Counted from the first letter of the stretch, positions 1 through 10,703 are shown. The stretch: DNA of 64,000 bases from an uncultured Bdellovibrio sp. (GCA_963932905.1 CAWVRN010000002.1:192001-256000), one strand, 5' to 3'. Numbers and translations: made by a program. Notes: generated from the letters alone by a model not told the origin.

Positions 1-603
1 GGTTTCGCCCTTAACTTGTTCGGGACTCATGTAGCCAAACTTACCTTTTAGAGTTCCAGAACTTGTTGATTCTGATTTTCCGGTGGATTTAGCGATACCG
101 AAGTCGATCACCTTAACTTCGCCATTGTAGCTGACCATAATGTTTTGCGGACTGACATCACGATGAATGATATTTAACGGCTGACCAGTATAAATGTCTC
201 TTGCACTGTGAGCATAGTCTAAACCGCTGGCGACTTCTTTGATAATGTAGGCGATAAATTCTATAGGCAATTTTCTATTTTCGTTCCCTAGTGCCTGAAT
301 AATTTGCTTCAAATTTTTACCGTGAACAAATTCCATCACTATATAAAATTGATTGATCTTATCTACGCCAAAATCGAAAATGTTTACGATGTTAGAATGA
401 TTTAATTGCGAAGCAACCTTGGCTTCCTCTTTGAACATGGCAATGAAGTCGTCATTTTCAGAATACGCTTGTAGAATTTTTTTGATGGCAAAAAATTTGT
501 GGACACCCTCGGCACCTGAGCCAATAGCCAAATGGATTTCGGCCATACCACCGGCGGCCATCTGTTCTAATAGTGTGTATTTACCCAATTTCTGAAACTT
601 CAT
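1..603 (-). CDS. Hanks-type Ser/Thr protein kinase, N-terminal part (runs off the window start; not in ORF track)
   Basis: Manual translation from ATG at 603: MKFQKLGKYTLLEQMAAGGMAEIHLA...FAIKKIL...EEAK...HRDVSPQNIMVSYNGEVKVIDFGIAK...GTLKGKFGYMSPEQ. All core kinase motifs present; paralog of 51175..53178. Confidence 0.93.
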   Translation of the reverse strand, partial: MKFQKLGKYTLLEQMAAGGMAEIHLAIGSGAEGVHKFFAIKKILQAYSENDDFIAMFKEEAKVASQLNHSNIVNIFDFGVDKINQFYIVMEFVHGKNLKQIIQALGNENRKLPIEFIAYIIKEVASGLDYAHSARDIYTGQPLNIIHRDVSPQNIMVSYNGEVKVIDFGIAKSTGKSESTSSGTLKGKFGYMSPEQVKGET

Positions 604-648
604 TTCAGTATATAAAATCGGTTTTTACGTAAAATAAAACAGGGAACT

Positions 649-1332
649 TTAGTCCAGAACCTGATCGATGAACTGGCCGAATTGAGTCAACACTCCGGGC
701 GGAATTTCATGGCCCCCGTTAAAGAAATGTGTCTTCGTCTTTAGTCCAGCTTCCTTTAAAAAGGTATCTAACGCACGCGATCCTGCAATCGGTAGTACAG
801 GATCAGACTGCCCGTGACTTATGAATGCATTTTTACCTTTCAAATTTTCTGGGGGCTGGGCTTTTAGATAGGCTTTGTTGATCAAATTTGTCGATAACAA
901 CCCTAATGAGCTGAAGTTTTGAGGAAACGTAAAAAATAAATCCTGAGCCAGCATACCGCCTTGGCTAAACCCAGCAATGAGAGTTTTTTTGGGATTTAGA
1001 TCTTTCATTGCTAACCATTTCTGGAATTCGCTGCGCAATTTTTCAATGCCTTTAGGAACTTCAACCGATGTATCCAGCGCAGAACCGGCCTCTTGATAGC
1101 GATCAATAGGAATTGGCCACCATGCTCTTCCGACCCAATGGGCACCAAGGGGTATGCTTAATGGGCCATTAGGAAAAAACCAATTACATTTCACCTTTGT
1201 TTGAATCATTTTCGATAAAGGGTATAAATCCTGTGCATCAGCTCCATAGCCATGAAACAGAATAACGTTTGCATATTTGTCATCTTCGAATATTTCTACA
1301 GCGTCTTTATCAAATAGATTCATGGTGGACAT
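649..1332 (-). CDS. Phospholipase/carboxylesterase, alpha/beta hydrolase
   Basis: LFHGYG, GFSQGG nucleophile elbow, HGQSDPVL (Asp), GGHEI (His). Confidence 0.9.
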   Translation of the reverse strand: MSTMNLFDKDAVEIFEDDKYANVILFHGYGADAQDLYPLSKMIQTKVKCNWFFPNGPLSIPLGAHWVGRAWWPIPIDRYQEAGSALDTSVEVPKGIEKLRSEFQKWLAMKDLNPKKTLIAGFSQGGMLAQDLFFTFPQNFSSLGLLSTNLINKAYLKAQPPENLKGKNAFISHGQSDPVLPIAGSRALDTFLKEAGLKTKTHFFNGGHEIPPGVLTQFGQFIDQVLD

Positions 1333-1361
1333 CTTAACACTAAAACGTTTACTGTATAAAG

Positions 1362-2864
1362 ATGAAATTTTCTGAATTCACTGATTTTTTTCCTCCTAAT
1401 TCGGTCGTTTTCCCTAAAAAATCGCGCTCTTTAGCTCGTACTGGCAAAATTAGCCAGCTGGTGGATTCGTCAAATAAAGTCGTTAAATCGAGTGTGTTTT
1501 TCGCCATCAAGGGAAATGCGAGTGATGGACACAAATATATTGCCGATGCTGTCAAAAAAGGCGCAGCGCTTGTTGTCCTTGAAGATAAATCGTTTACTCA
1601 AGATGTAAAAACGGTTCCGTACATTTTAGTTAGCGATAGTCGACGTTATTACGAGAAAATGTGCTCGTTATTTTTTGGACGTCAAGACGAAGCGATGTTC
1701 AATGTCGGTATCACTGGAACGAATGGTAAAACTTCGACCACCTATATTATTGAATATTTATTGCAGGGGCACGGGATAAAAACGGGAGTTATCGGAACCG
1801 TTAACCACCGAGTTGGAAAAAAAGTATGGCCTACAAGTCATACGACACCTGACCCATGGACAGTACATAGTCGTTATAAAGATTTCCGCAAGCAAGGCGC
1901 TCGCGCCACGGCGGTTGAAATCACCAGCCATGGTATTGATCAGAAACGTATGCATTCCGTTAATTTCGACATCTGTATTTTTACAAATCTAACCCAAGAT
2001 CATCTGGATTATCACGGTACCATGGAGAATTATTTTTCGGTAAAAGAGAAACTTTTTACTGAATTACTGGCGCAATCAAGCAAACTAGAAAAATTTGCAC
2101 TGATCAACGGTGATGACTCTTATGGTAAGAAATTGAAAACACATTCGACTGTGACGAAACATTTTTTTGGAAAAAATAAAACGTTTCCCATTTGGTTCGA
2201 GGTAAAAGAAAAATATTTCGAATTCCAAAAATTAGAAATTGGTTATTTTGATCAACGCTTTCAAATGAAGTTTCCGCTGCTGGGTGATCATAATATTTAC
2301 AATTTCATTTCTACATTGTTCGTCTGTGATTATCTGAAAATACCAATGCCTTTGGTTATTAAGAAGATGGAATCATTTGCTGGTATTCCCGGTCGACTTC
2401 AGAGAGTTCGTGAAGTAAAAAACAAAAATGTATTTGTTGATTTTGCCCATACGCCAGACGCGATTGCCAAAACTATTGAAACCGTTCGCGAACTTCGTTC
2501 AGAATTAAAAATGGCAAATAAAATCATCACCGTATTTGGATGTGGTGGTGATCGCGATAGTACAAAACGTCCGATCATGGGCCGAATTGCTGAAGAAAGA
2601 TCAGATGTGGTGATCGTGACATCAGATAATCCAAGAACCGAAGACCCCAACGCCATCATCGAGCAAATCAAAGCTGGATTTAAAAATCAAAACGATAAAG
2701 TATTTGAACCCAATCGATCGCTTGCGATTCAAAAAGCCATGCAGGTTTCTAAACCAGGGGATATCGTTTTAATCCTGGGTAAAGGACACGAAAACTACCA
2801 AATTATTGGCGATAAGAAGCGTCCGTTTGACGACTACAAAGAGGTTATAAAGTATGCAAAGTGA
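1362..2864 (+). CDS. murE: UDP-N-acetylmuramoyl-L-alanyl-D-glutamate--2,6-diaminopimelate ligase
   Basis: GITGTNGKTST, TNLTQDHLDYH, DFAHTPDA, FGCGGDRD, DNPR (meso-DAP specificity motif), GKGHE. Confidence 0.96.
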   Translation: MKFSEFTDFFPPNSVVFPKKSRSLARTGKISQLVDSSNKVVKSSVFFAIKGNASDGHKYIADAVKKGAALVVLEDKSFTQDVKTVPYILVSDSRRYYEKMCSLFFGRQDEAMFNVGITGTNGKTSTTYIIEYLLQGHGIKTGVIGTVNHRVGKKVWPTSHTTPDPWTVHSRYKDFRKQGARATAVEITSHGIDQKRMHSVNFDICIFTNLTQDHLDYHGTMENYFSVKEKLFTELLAQSSKLEKFALINGDDSYGKKLKTHSTVTKHFFGKNKTFPIWFEVKEKYFEFQKLEIGYFDQRFQMKFPLLGDHNIYNFISTLFVCDYLKIPMPLVIKKMESFAGIPGRLQRVREVKNKNVFVDFAHTPDAIAKTIETVRELRSELKMANKIITVFGCGGDRDSTKRPIMGRIAEERSDVVIVTSDNPRTEDPNAIIEQIKAGFKNQNDKVFEPNRSLAIQKAMQVSKPGDIVLILGKGHENYQIIGDKKRPFDDYKEVIKYAK

Positions 2865-4284
2865 ATCGTTAAAACTAGATGATGTTTTAAAATGGACGGG
2901 CGGAAAGCTAGTCCATAAAGCGAAAGATACATTCGATTTTATCGGCACGGATTCTAGAGCAGACTTAAAAGAAAAACTTTTCATTCCCTTGCGCGGTGAC
3001 GCGTTTGACGGTCATCAATTTATTAAAACGGCAATTGAAAAGCAGTGTAGCGGAGTCATCTTTGATTTGAAGTCTAAAGATCCCGTGGCATTTGATAAGA
3101 CTGCAGTCACGCTGATTCAAGTCGCCGACACACTAAAAGCTTTGCAAGATATCTCTCACGGCTATCGCAAAAAATTAAATAAGACGATCGTGGCCATTAC
3201 AGGTTCTGCTGGAAAAACAACGGCTAAGGAATTCACATCACAAATTTTTAATACATATAAAAAGTCATATGCGAATGTAGGTTCATTTAACAATCATTGG
3301 GGCGTACCATTTTCGTTACTGAATATGCGTTCCACTGATGAATACGGCATCATTGAAATGGGAATGAATAACTATGGTGAAATTCAGCGATTGGTTGAAA
3401 TCGCCGATCCGGACGTTGTCGTTTGTACTATGGTTGGCCTAGCTCACTTTGAACATTTTGGGTCACAAGAAAATATTGCTAAGGCAAAAAACGAGATCTA
3501 TCAGTTTTCACGGCCAGATGCGCTGCGAATTTTTAATATTGATGATGTGAATGTTAAAAAGATGATGGGCACGTTTTTGAAAAATCATCCTGGAAAAAAA
3601 ATATTGCAGTTCTCGCATAACAACGCGAATGCCGATGTTTATTTAACTTTGAAAAAAGTGTCTTCAGAAGGATTGTCTATCGAGGGACTGATCGCGGGGC
3701 AAACGGGTAAAGCACTGGTTCCCGTATTTGGTAAACACAACGTCACGAATGTACTAACGGCAGCGACATTGTCTTTGGCCATTGGAATGAAGCCGGAAAT
3801 GATTTGGGCAGCGCTGGGCAAACTAAAAACAAACTGGGGACGTAATCAATTGTTAAAAGCGGATGTGGGAGCTCAGGTTATTTTCGATGGCTACAACGCA
3901 AATCCAGATTCTATGCAAAGCTTGATTGAAAATGTCAGCGAGACACCGGTCACCGGCAAACGTGTTCTAGTCTTAGGTGAAATGCTGGAGCTGGGTGAAA
4001 CTAAAGCTCAGTTTCATTTTGAATTGGCTAAAAAAATTAAGGCGAAGAATTACGATCAAGTTGTATTTTATGGGCCCTCATGGAAACAATTCAAAGACGC
4101 GTTTGATACAGCGAGTGCAAAACCACAAGTTTGGGCGACTGAAAAAATGGATGAATCTATAATTAATGAAATTAAAAGGGATCTGAAGCCAGGTGACCTA
4201 GTGGCAATCAAAGGGTCACGAGGCATGAAGACCGAGAAAGTTGTTTCTCTGCTAGTTAAGGCTTTCTCGCACGAAAAGATTTAA
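2854..4284 (+). CDS. murF: UDP-N-acetylmuramoyl-tripeptide--D-alanyl-D-alanine ligase
   Basis: TDSR, FDGHQF, ITGSAGKTTAKE, NNHWGVP, EMGMN, DGYNANPDSM, LGEMLELG, KGSRGM; overlaps the murE end. Confidence 0.96.
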   Translation: MQSESLKLDDVLKWTGGKLVHKAKDTFDFIGTDSRADLKEKLFIPLRGDAFDGHQFIKTAIEKQCSGVIFDLKSKDPVAFDKTAVTLIQVADTLKALQDISHGYRKKLNKTIVAITGSAGKTTAKEFTSQIFNTYKKSYANVGSFNNHWGVPFSLLNMRSTDEYGIIEMGMNNYGEIQRLVEIADPDVVVCTMVGLAHFEHFGSQENIAKAKNEIYQFSRPDALRIFNIDDVNVKKMMGTFLKNHPGKKILQFSHNNANADVYLTLKKVSSEGLSIEGLIAGQTGKALVPVFGKHNVTNVLTAATLSLAIGMKPEMIWAALGKLKTNWGRNQLLKADVGAQVIFDGYNANPDSMQSLIENVSETPVTGKRVLVLGEMLELGETKAQFHFELAKKIKAKNYDQVVFYGPSWKQFKDAFDTASAKPQVWATEKMDESIINEIKRDLKPGDLVAIKGSRGMKTEKVVSLLVKAFSHEKI

Positions 4285-4773
4285 ATAAAACTTAACCAAG
4301 AATTCGACTTTAAATTCAGATCCATTGAACGTCCAAATGACTTCGTCAAATGGGCGAACTTGGATTTGTAATTTCTGATCATCAAAAATCTTAGAATTAA
4401 CTTTTGATTCAATTGCATGAACCGAGCTAATCAACTGTGATCCGATGAAATTAAAACGAATTTCGATAACACCTGGCTCTTTCATTGTGAATATCATTTT
4501 GTAACCATTACGGAACAACATGAAATCAGAATGAGTTTGAGCAATCGTATAGATTTTTATTTTGCTTTGAGGTGTTGGTTTTAGCTCGTTATACATCTGA
4601 GTCGCTTCAGTGAACTGAGCTTTTAAATCGTAAAGTAAATCTAAAGTGGATTTAACGATTAGGCGCTGTTTTTTATATTCTGGATTAGAATCAACAATGC
4701 CTGATTCTAAAATTTTGTTTTCGGATTCGATGAGTTCCTTAATCCATTCCATTTGATTCATCCATGCCCCCAA
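4252..4773 (-). CDS. Hypothetical protein
   Basis: 173-aa ORF filling the gap; 3' end overlaps murF convergently; no motif recognised. Confidence 0.7.
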   Translation of the reverse strand: MGAWMNQMEWIKELIESENKILESGIVDSNPEYKKQRLIVKSTLDLLYDLKAQFTEATQMYNELKPTPQSKIKIYTIAQTHSDFMLFRNGYKMIFTMKEPGVIEIRFNFIGSQLISSVHAIESKVNSKIFDDQKLQIQVRPFDEVIWTFNGSEFKVEFLVKFYLNLFVRESLN

Positions 4774-4848
4774 TGGTTACTAAGTCCTTATTAGGATAAG
4801 GGCTTAGCTCGTTGGTTTGCAACATAAAAGATACAGTAGGGAGGGCTC

Positions 4849-7767
4849 TTAGAAAAAAGAGCCGACTTGAAAGCTGGTCGTAGCAGATGAATTAGAAGTG
4901 TATGAACCGGCCAGAGGGTTATAGATACCGATAATTGCCGTTAGTGGCATTTGATACGCAATATTTAAATCAAAACGGAATTCAAAACCCATGTTCCAGA
5001 AACTTTGGTTCGTAGAAACACTTTTGAATACGTTATCTGTTTTATGGTAAGCACGACCGTCCAAGAAGACGCCATCTGAAATAATTGCGCCATGCAAACG
5101 ACGTAAAAAGATCGGGTGGGTTGAATTACCACGATTGATTTCGCGCATTGGGAAGCGATATTCAAACTTAGGATTGATCATTGTCTCACCCACAAATTGC
5201 CCTTGCAGGTAGCCGCGCATTAGGAAATACGGAACAATGGGGTCTTGTTGCAACAATAATGAATTAGTGGCCATTCCTAAAATGGGGCTAATTTTATCGC
5301 TTGAATAAAGAGCATCTAACTTGAAGTAAATGACGTGATTTTCAATAAGCAAATCTGGCCAGTATTGAGATGTCCCTAACAAGAACTGTGTTTGTTGAAC
5401 TTTTTCGCCGCTTTTTAAATACTGATTCATTCCAACATAATAATTCTGCCCCGAAAACGGTGTCGAAAGTGCGTTGGTGCGCTCTAGATCTGCATAGTTA
5501 AACATGAAGCCTGCGCCTTCACGGCTATACTGAGTCGTCGAAGTTCGTGTATCGATCTGTTTCGCGCTGATTTGTAAAGTGGCGTTCTTGCTCATATGCC
5601 AAATGTTAGGCTGAACGAAAACGGAACGAGTTGAATAGGTGGCTGCGTTGGAAGCGAAAACGAAATATGTGGTGTATTCGTTGTAAACAAATCCAAATTT
5701 ATGCTTATAAACCTGGTTTAAGTATGTTCCATCAACAGCTGTTTTTCCCGTTGCGGAATCGAAAATTAAATCTAACGAATACGTATGTTTTTTTAGCGGA
5801 TCGAATCCACTTGTTTGAGCTTGCAAAAGGAAACGACTGTCGCTGCTAGATGTGGCAACAAAGGGAATCCAGTAACGTGGCCAAAGATAGGAATAGGGTG
5901 AATAATCACGTACGGGATAGTTTCCTTTTGGTTCTTGTGCCATAGGAGTTTTTGTTTTGTCAGGAAACTGATTCGCATAGATACGGCTGATTTTAGGCAG
6001 CTCCCCCGGTGTTTTAGTCAAATCTGTTTGGCTAGAAAAATGAACTTGTGGACCTTTTGATGTTTGCTTTGTGTAGTAAATATCTTTTGTCAGCGGATCC
6101 AGAGCGTAAGAAAAAGATCCCGTATAAATATGTGTAACGGCTTGAGCCGTGTTGTCTTTCAAATTGTTGATGTATACGTTGCGGATACCATTTTTTGTCG
6201 ACGAGAAATATAAATTGCCACCAATGATTGTCGGGTAGCGAGCCTCTGAGAAATCGGTCAGTATCGGTTTCATAGAGCCGGAAGAAATATCATACGATAC
6301 TAAATATTCTTCTGTTGTTGGTTTTCTTAACGAAAAAATGATCGTATTCGCATCGACATAGCTTGGATTGGAAATACGTTCTTGCAGTGGCGCTGACCAA
6401 AGAATTTTTACTTTTTTTGTTTTCAAATCCAAAATCGCTAAACGAGTTTTTAACGCATCTAATTTTACAAATACGACGTTTTCGCCGTCGGGTGACGGTG
6501 AGGCTTCTCGTGCGCGTTCACCAGATGTCAGGCGCTCTGTTTTCTTTGTAGTAAAATCGAACATGAATAAATCAGAAAATGATTCGGCCGGGCTATAGGA
6601 ATCGATCTTGTCGTAGATGATTTTGTATGTCTTCGGAAGCCACGAGATGCGTTGAATGTTGCCCGCGATAGGACCGTCGGTATGCTGGTCTTCATCGCCC
6701 TCTTCGTAAATATCGTCAATTTGGTTAGCATTTTCGATTTGGCTTGGATCTAGAACCACGAAGTTATTGTTTTTATTTTTTTCGATGATTTTAACTTCTT
6801 TAACATCGCGATTTGAAACGGCTAAGTAAGCGAGATATTTACCATCTGAACTGATAGCCGGGCTAGATGAGTATTTTGATTTTGGATCCATCGGCTGAGC
6901 GATGGATTCTGGTAATTGCTTGATGACATCAATCTGTTTCAATATTTTTTCTTCAGTGATGAAAAGAGTATCTTCGAAGAATTTTTCATAATCGCTGCCT
7001 AGATAGTCTTCGGCGGGAGTATTGATAAAAAACGGGACGCGGCCAGCTTGGCGATCGTGCAGTTGCTTTACAATCGTAGGCGTTTCTTCCGCGGCCATTT
7101 GAGCCCAAATAATAGAGCCAAATAGGTACGGGCGATTGCCCTCGGGCCATGTATGCAAGAATTCATTGATTTCGAAAATCTTAAAATCGCTCAAGGTGTC
7201 GCTGAGAACAAAAGATCTTAGCAATGATTCTTGGTAATTGGATCGAAGGCGGCCACCATTTGAAAGCTGTGTTTCAAGATAAACTGAAACACCTTCTTTC
7301 CACCAACGTGGCATCAATCCATTTGGGGAAATAATGGAGCCAAAAACAGGACGTAAGTAACGATAAAAACTGCGGGCACCCTCGAAGGTTAAAATATGAG
7401 CATATTCGTGCGCTAAAAGCTCGAAAGCCCAGTCGCCGTAGTCAGCTAGACTTTCACTTGTATTCGGTAACACTGGATAGATCATGATATGAGGATACGG
7501 AATGCGAGTTGCATACCCATTGGTCAAGTCGGTTTTGTCATTGATGACCACGGTTGTTTTTGTCGGTTTTTGCGAGAAATATGGGTCTAGTGCCTTGTAA
7601 GCGCGCTCTAAACTACCGGCGATGAAAAAGCCGGTGTCCATTTTTTTTTCGTCTACAACGACGTAAAAATGCGGAGTTTCGATTGTTTTAAAGCGTATCC
7701 TAGGTGGAACTTCAAAACTATGGGCTAAAACAACAAGAAAAAGAAGAGATAAAAATATTTTTGACAT
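4849..7767 (-). CDS. Omp85-like outer-membrane protein with N-terminal HEXXH metallopeptidase-like domain and TolB/PD40 propeller
   Basis: Signal peptide; LAHEYAH...PRWWKEG; PD40-like repeats (SPAISSDGKYLAY, ASPSPDGENVVF); C-terminal MRGY and FEYRFP motifs, terminal Phe. Confidence 0.75.
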   Translation of the reverse strand: MSKIFLSLLFLVVLAHSFEVPPRIRFKTIETPHFYVVVDEKKMDTGFFIAGSLERAYKALDPYFSQKPTKTTVVINDKTDLTNGYATRIPYPHIMIYPVLPNTSESLADYGDWAFELLAHEYAHILTFEGARSFYRYLRPVFGSIISPNGLMPRWWKEGVSVYLETQLSNGGRLRSNYQESLLRSFVLSDTLSDFKIFEINEFLHTWPEGNRPYLFGSIIWAQMAAEETPTIVKQLHDRQAGRVPFFINTPAEDYLGSDYEKFFEDTLFITEEKILKQIDVIKQLPESIAQPMDPKSKYSSSPAISSDGKYLAYLAVSNRDVKEVKIIEKNKNNNFVVLDPSQIENANQIDDIYEEGDEDQHTDGPIAGNIQRISWLPKTYKIIYDKIDSYSPAESFSDLFMFDFTTKKTERLTSGERAREASPSPDGENVVFVKLDALKTRLAILDLKTKKVKILWSAPLQERISNPSYVDANTIIFSLRKPTTEEYLVSYDISSGSMKPILTDFSEARYPTIIGGNLYFSSTKNGIRNVYINNLKDNTAQAVTHIYTGSFSYALDPLTKDIYYTKQTSKGPQVHFSSQTDLTKTPGELPKISRIYANQFPDKTKTPMAQEPKGNYPVRDYSPYSYLWPRYWIPFVATSSSDSRFLLQAQTSGFDPLKKHTYSLDLIFDSATGKTAVDGTYLNQVYKHKFGFVYNEYTTYFVFASNAATYSTRSVFVQPNIWHMSKNATLQISAKQIDTRTSTTQYSREGAGFMFNYADLERTNALSTPFSGQNYYVGMNQYLKSGEKVQQTQFLLGTSQYWPDLLIENHVIYFKLDALYSSDKISPILGMATNSLLLQQDPIVPYFLMRGYLQGQFVGETMINPKFEYRFPMREINRGNSTHPIFLRRLHGAIISDGVFLDGRAYHKTDNVFKSVSTNQSFWNMGFEFRFDLNIAYQMPLTAIIGIYNPLAGSYTSNSSATTSFQVGSFF

Positions 7768-7909
7768 TCTTTAAGGGTAATACCTAAAGCGTTGCAACAT
7801 CAAACTCGTTTGACTTTTAGAAGCCATGCAATAGATTTTATACTGTTATAAAAATGCACGTCGTGAAGAAAGTCGTGGATACACGTCAAGAAATAACAGG
7901 AGAATTGAA

Positions 7910-8440
7910 ATGACAACAATGAAAAATGTAACAAAATTAATCTGTATCTTAGCTATCGCAGTCGCTTTCGTTAACTGCCGTGGTAAAGAAGAAAAACCGT
8001 CTGATGCGACTCCAACTGAATCAACTGGTCCAACTGCAGAAAATTCAGCCGTCGATTCAACGGCGATGTCGTTTGATCCGTCTGGTTCTGATAGCGGTAA
8101 AATCGATGGTCTAAAAACAGTATTTTTTGACTACGATAAATCAACCCTATCTGGCGAAGCAAAAAAAGTAATTGCTGGTAATGTTGAGTGGATGAAAAAA
8201 AATACAAACGCTAAAGTTCAAATCGAAGGTCACTGCGATAACCGCGGTTCAATCGAATACAACGTAGCTTTGGGTGAGCGTCGTGCCAATGCCGTTCGTG
8301 ATTACATGGCTAGCCTTGGTATTTCTGGAAACCGTTTAGCAACCATCAGCTACGGGGAAGAAAAACCTCTAGTGTCATCAGAAAACGAATCAGCTTGGAA
8401 GAAAAACAGAAGAGCTAACTTCGTTCCTTCATCAATGTAA
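7910..8440 (+). CDS. pal: Peptidoglycan-associated lipoprotein Pal
   Basis: Lipobox FVNC; VFFDYDKS, IEGHCDNRGSIEYNVALGERRA, SYGEEKP, NRRA; SD caggag. Confidence 0.94.
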   Translation: MTTMKNVTKLICILAIAVAFVNCRGKEEKPSDATPTESTGPTAENSAVDSTAMSFDPSGSDSGKIDGLKTVFFDYDKSTLSGEAKKVIAGNVEWMKKNTNAKVQIEGHCDNRGSIEYNVALGERRANAVRDYMASLGISGNRLATISYGEEKPLVSSENESAWKKNRRANFVPSSM

Positions 8441-8448
8441 TGTAGGTA

Positions 8449-8763
8449 ATGATTAAAAAATTATTCTTATTTTTAATCAGTGTTGTTAGTTTATTAACCA
8501 TCGGATGCCAAACCGTTGAGCCTCCTCTTGAGGAATGGGTTTTGGCTAGAGCGGCTTACGAAGCCGCTCGTTCCGTTCAGGCTGCCAAATACTCGCCTGG
8601 GTTTTGGCATCAGGCCGAAGAGTCTTACAAAAAAGCACGCATTTTGTACAAAGAAGAAAGTTACGAAGAAGCTAAGCTTGAATTCGTAGCTGCCCGAAAA
8701 GCCGCTGAAAAAGCGGAAAATTCCGCCCGATTAAAACGTCAGCAAAGTGGAGAGGTATTATGA
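8449..8763 (+). CDS. Small helical lipoprotein (DUF4398-like)
   Basis: Lipobox TIGC; Ala-rich helical pattern ARAAYEAARSVQAAKYSP...AEKAE; lies in the pal operon. Confidence 0.7.
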   Translation: MIKKLFLFLISVVSLLTIGCQTVEPPLEEWVLARAAYEAARSVQAAKYSPGFWHQAEESYKKARILYKEESYEEAKLEFVAARKAAEKAENSARLKRQQSGEVL

Positions 8764-9431
8764 AAAAGTTAGTAGCCGGTCTTTTGTTAGCAGCCATGAT
8801 GACGGGTTGTTTGAAAACTCGCACCGATGTTAAAGAGACAGAAACTAAACAAGTAATGGCTCAGCAAGTAACAACTTTGCAGCGTACAAACGCGGACACA
8901 GCAAATCGTATTGCTGAATTAGAACAAGAGATTCGCGAAATGAACGGAAAAGTTGAAGTCCTGGAAAACAAGCTCAGCAAGCAAAATCCTGAAAATGATA
9001 AACAAATAAAAAATATGAACGAGCAAGTAGGCGAAGCGAATAAAAAGCTAGCAATTTACCAAGAAGAATTATTAAAACAGGAAAAAACGATTCAACAACT
9101 GACTCACGAAGTTGAAACAATGAAAGCGGAAGCCGCGGCCGCGAACAAACCGGCAGAAAAAGAAGTTGAAAAGAAAACGCCACTTCAGTTAGCAGACGAA
9201 CACTTCAAGCAAAACGACTGGAAAAAAGCCATCATTCAATATCAAAAATACAGAGACGAAAACCCTAAAGGCAAAAAGTTAGCTGAAAGTACCTACCGCA
9301 TCGCCTACGCGTTTGGTGAGCTGGGAATGAAAGAAGAAGCTAAAACGTTTTACGAAGAAGTTATTGCAAAGTTTCCAGCTTCCGTAGAGGCTAAAAAAGC
9401 CAAAGCAAAGATCAAAGCATTTAAGAAATAA
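8760..9431 (+). CDS. cpoB: CpoB/YbgF-like coiled-coil + TPR lipoprotein
   Basis: Lipobox MTGC, coiled coil, C-terminal TPR (KKAIIQY...AESTYRIAYAF...EVIAKFPAS); downstream of pal. Confidence 0.8.
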   Translation: MKKLVAGLLLAAMMTGCLKTRTDVKETETKQVMAQQVTTLQRTNADTANRIAELEQEIREMNGKVEVLENKLSKQNPENDKQIKNMNEQVGEANKKLAIYQEELLKQEKTIQQLTHEVETMKAEAAAANKPAEKEVEKKTPLQLADEHFKQNDWKKAIIQYQKYRDENPKGKKLAESTYRIAYAFGELGMKEEAKTFYEEVIAKFPASVEAKKAKAKIKAFKK

Positions 9432-9608
9432 TTTTAAAAACCAGGCTCCTATGCCACATCTAGTTTTTTAAGCAGGACTTGTTGGGGGCCGTGTTAGCCC
9501 AGAAACGCGCTATTTTCCGCAGTGTATTTCATTTTTTGTCACTGTCTCATTTTGATATAAGAAACTGTCTCTGGCTGAAGCGTTCCAGGCGCCAAATCGA
9601 AGGTAAAT

Positions 9609-9623
9609 TGGCACGTTCAGTGC
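9609..9623 (+). promoter_or_regulatory. Putative sigma54 (-24/-12) promoter
   Basis: TGGCACG-ttca-GTGC (GG-N10-GC), 24 nt upstream of the ATG at 9648, followed by SD aaggag. Confidence 0.6.
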
Positions 9624-9647
9624 TCTTCTTATTCTTAAGAGGAGTTT

Positions 9648-10703
9648 ATGTTTTTCAAGGAATACAAACTAGAAATATTAATAGGATCATCATTAGCACT
9701 AGCTTCAGTGTATATGTTCCATCAATTGATGACTATTAAGCCTAGACATGTAAGTCCAGGGGATAAAATTTCTTTTGAAATGATTCGCCCTCAAAAAGAT
9801 ATCGTAAATGAATTTACTTTAGATGGTCGTGAGATCGATTCACGATTTGAAAATCCTTTTGTTAAGAAGGACCTGGGTAAACATGCTGATAAAAAGAATG
9901 TAAAGCCTAACATGGTTCCTATTCAGAAAAAAGCAACCGACAAGAAGAAAGAAGCAGCTAAAACTGAACCTAAGAAAACGGGCATCCAAGTTAACGTGGT
10001 GGCTCGGGATCAAAAAGCTCGTATGAAATCGGATGTTAATTACGATGACAGTGTCGGTGGTGTTAACTATCAAACGACTGCAACTGGTAATAACAATAGA
10101 GATGAACAAAAGAAAGACACGGAAAAGAACTCAAAGCGCAGCCTGTCTGAATTTGCAGATCTTTTAACGGATCCAAAAACCGAGCGTATTGCTCAGCTTG
10201 TGATGGCCATCCAAAATGGTGAAGTAAATCAAAGTGAACTTTATGATTTCATGGGAAAAATGATGAATTCAGACAAACCTAAAGTTCAATCGGTAGGTAT
10301 TTACATTGCTTATTACGTACCTACCTATGAATCATTCAGTTTGGTAACAAGTAACCAAGACAAGATGACTGGTGAAGTAAAAACGTACTCGGATCAATTC
10401 TTGAATTCGTTTAATCAAGCGGCTAAGCTGCCCGTGTTAGCGCAGGCTTTACAGTCAAGCGACATTAAAGTTGTTGTCAAAGCTGGAGAGGTTATTATTT
10501 TAGGATTGCAAAATATCAAAAATGGCCAAACGATAGATTATGGAGCTCGTAGTAACAGAGGAACGAATGAAATTAAATCGTCTAGCTTTTTGGATTACTT
10601 CTTACCAATCGCTGAAAGTCTTAAATCAAGTCAAAATCAAACTATCGCAAGTCTTGGCTCGGCTCTGTCTCAACAACTTTCATCAATCGCTAATACGCCT
10701 TAA
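9648..10703 (+). CDS. Hypothetical membrane-anchored protein
   Basis: N-terminal hydrophobic segment, Lys-rich linker, helical C-terminal domain; strong SD. Confidence 0.75.
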   Translation: MFFKEYKLEILIGSSLALASVYMFHQLMTIKPRHVSPGDKISFEMIRPQKDIVNEFTLDGREIDSRFENPFVKKDLGKHADKKNVKPNMVPIQKKATDKKKEAAKTEPKKTGIQVNVVARDQKARMKSDVNYDDSVGGVNYQTTATGNNNRDEQKKDTEKNSKRSLSEFADLLTDPKTERIAQLVMAIQNGEVNQSELYDFMGKMMNSDKPKVQSVGIYIAYYVPTYESFSLVTSNQDKMTGEVKTYSDQFLNSFNQAAKLPVLAQALQSSDIKVVVKAGEVIILGLQNIKNGQTIDYGARSNRGTNEIKSSSFLDYFLPIAESLKSSQNQTIASLGSALSQQLSSIANTP

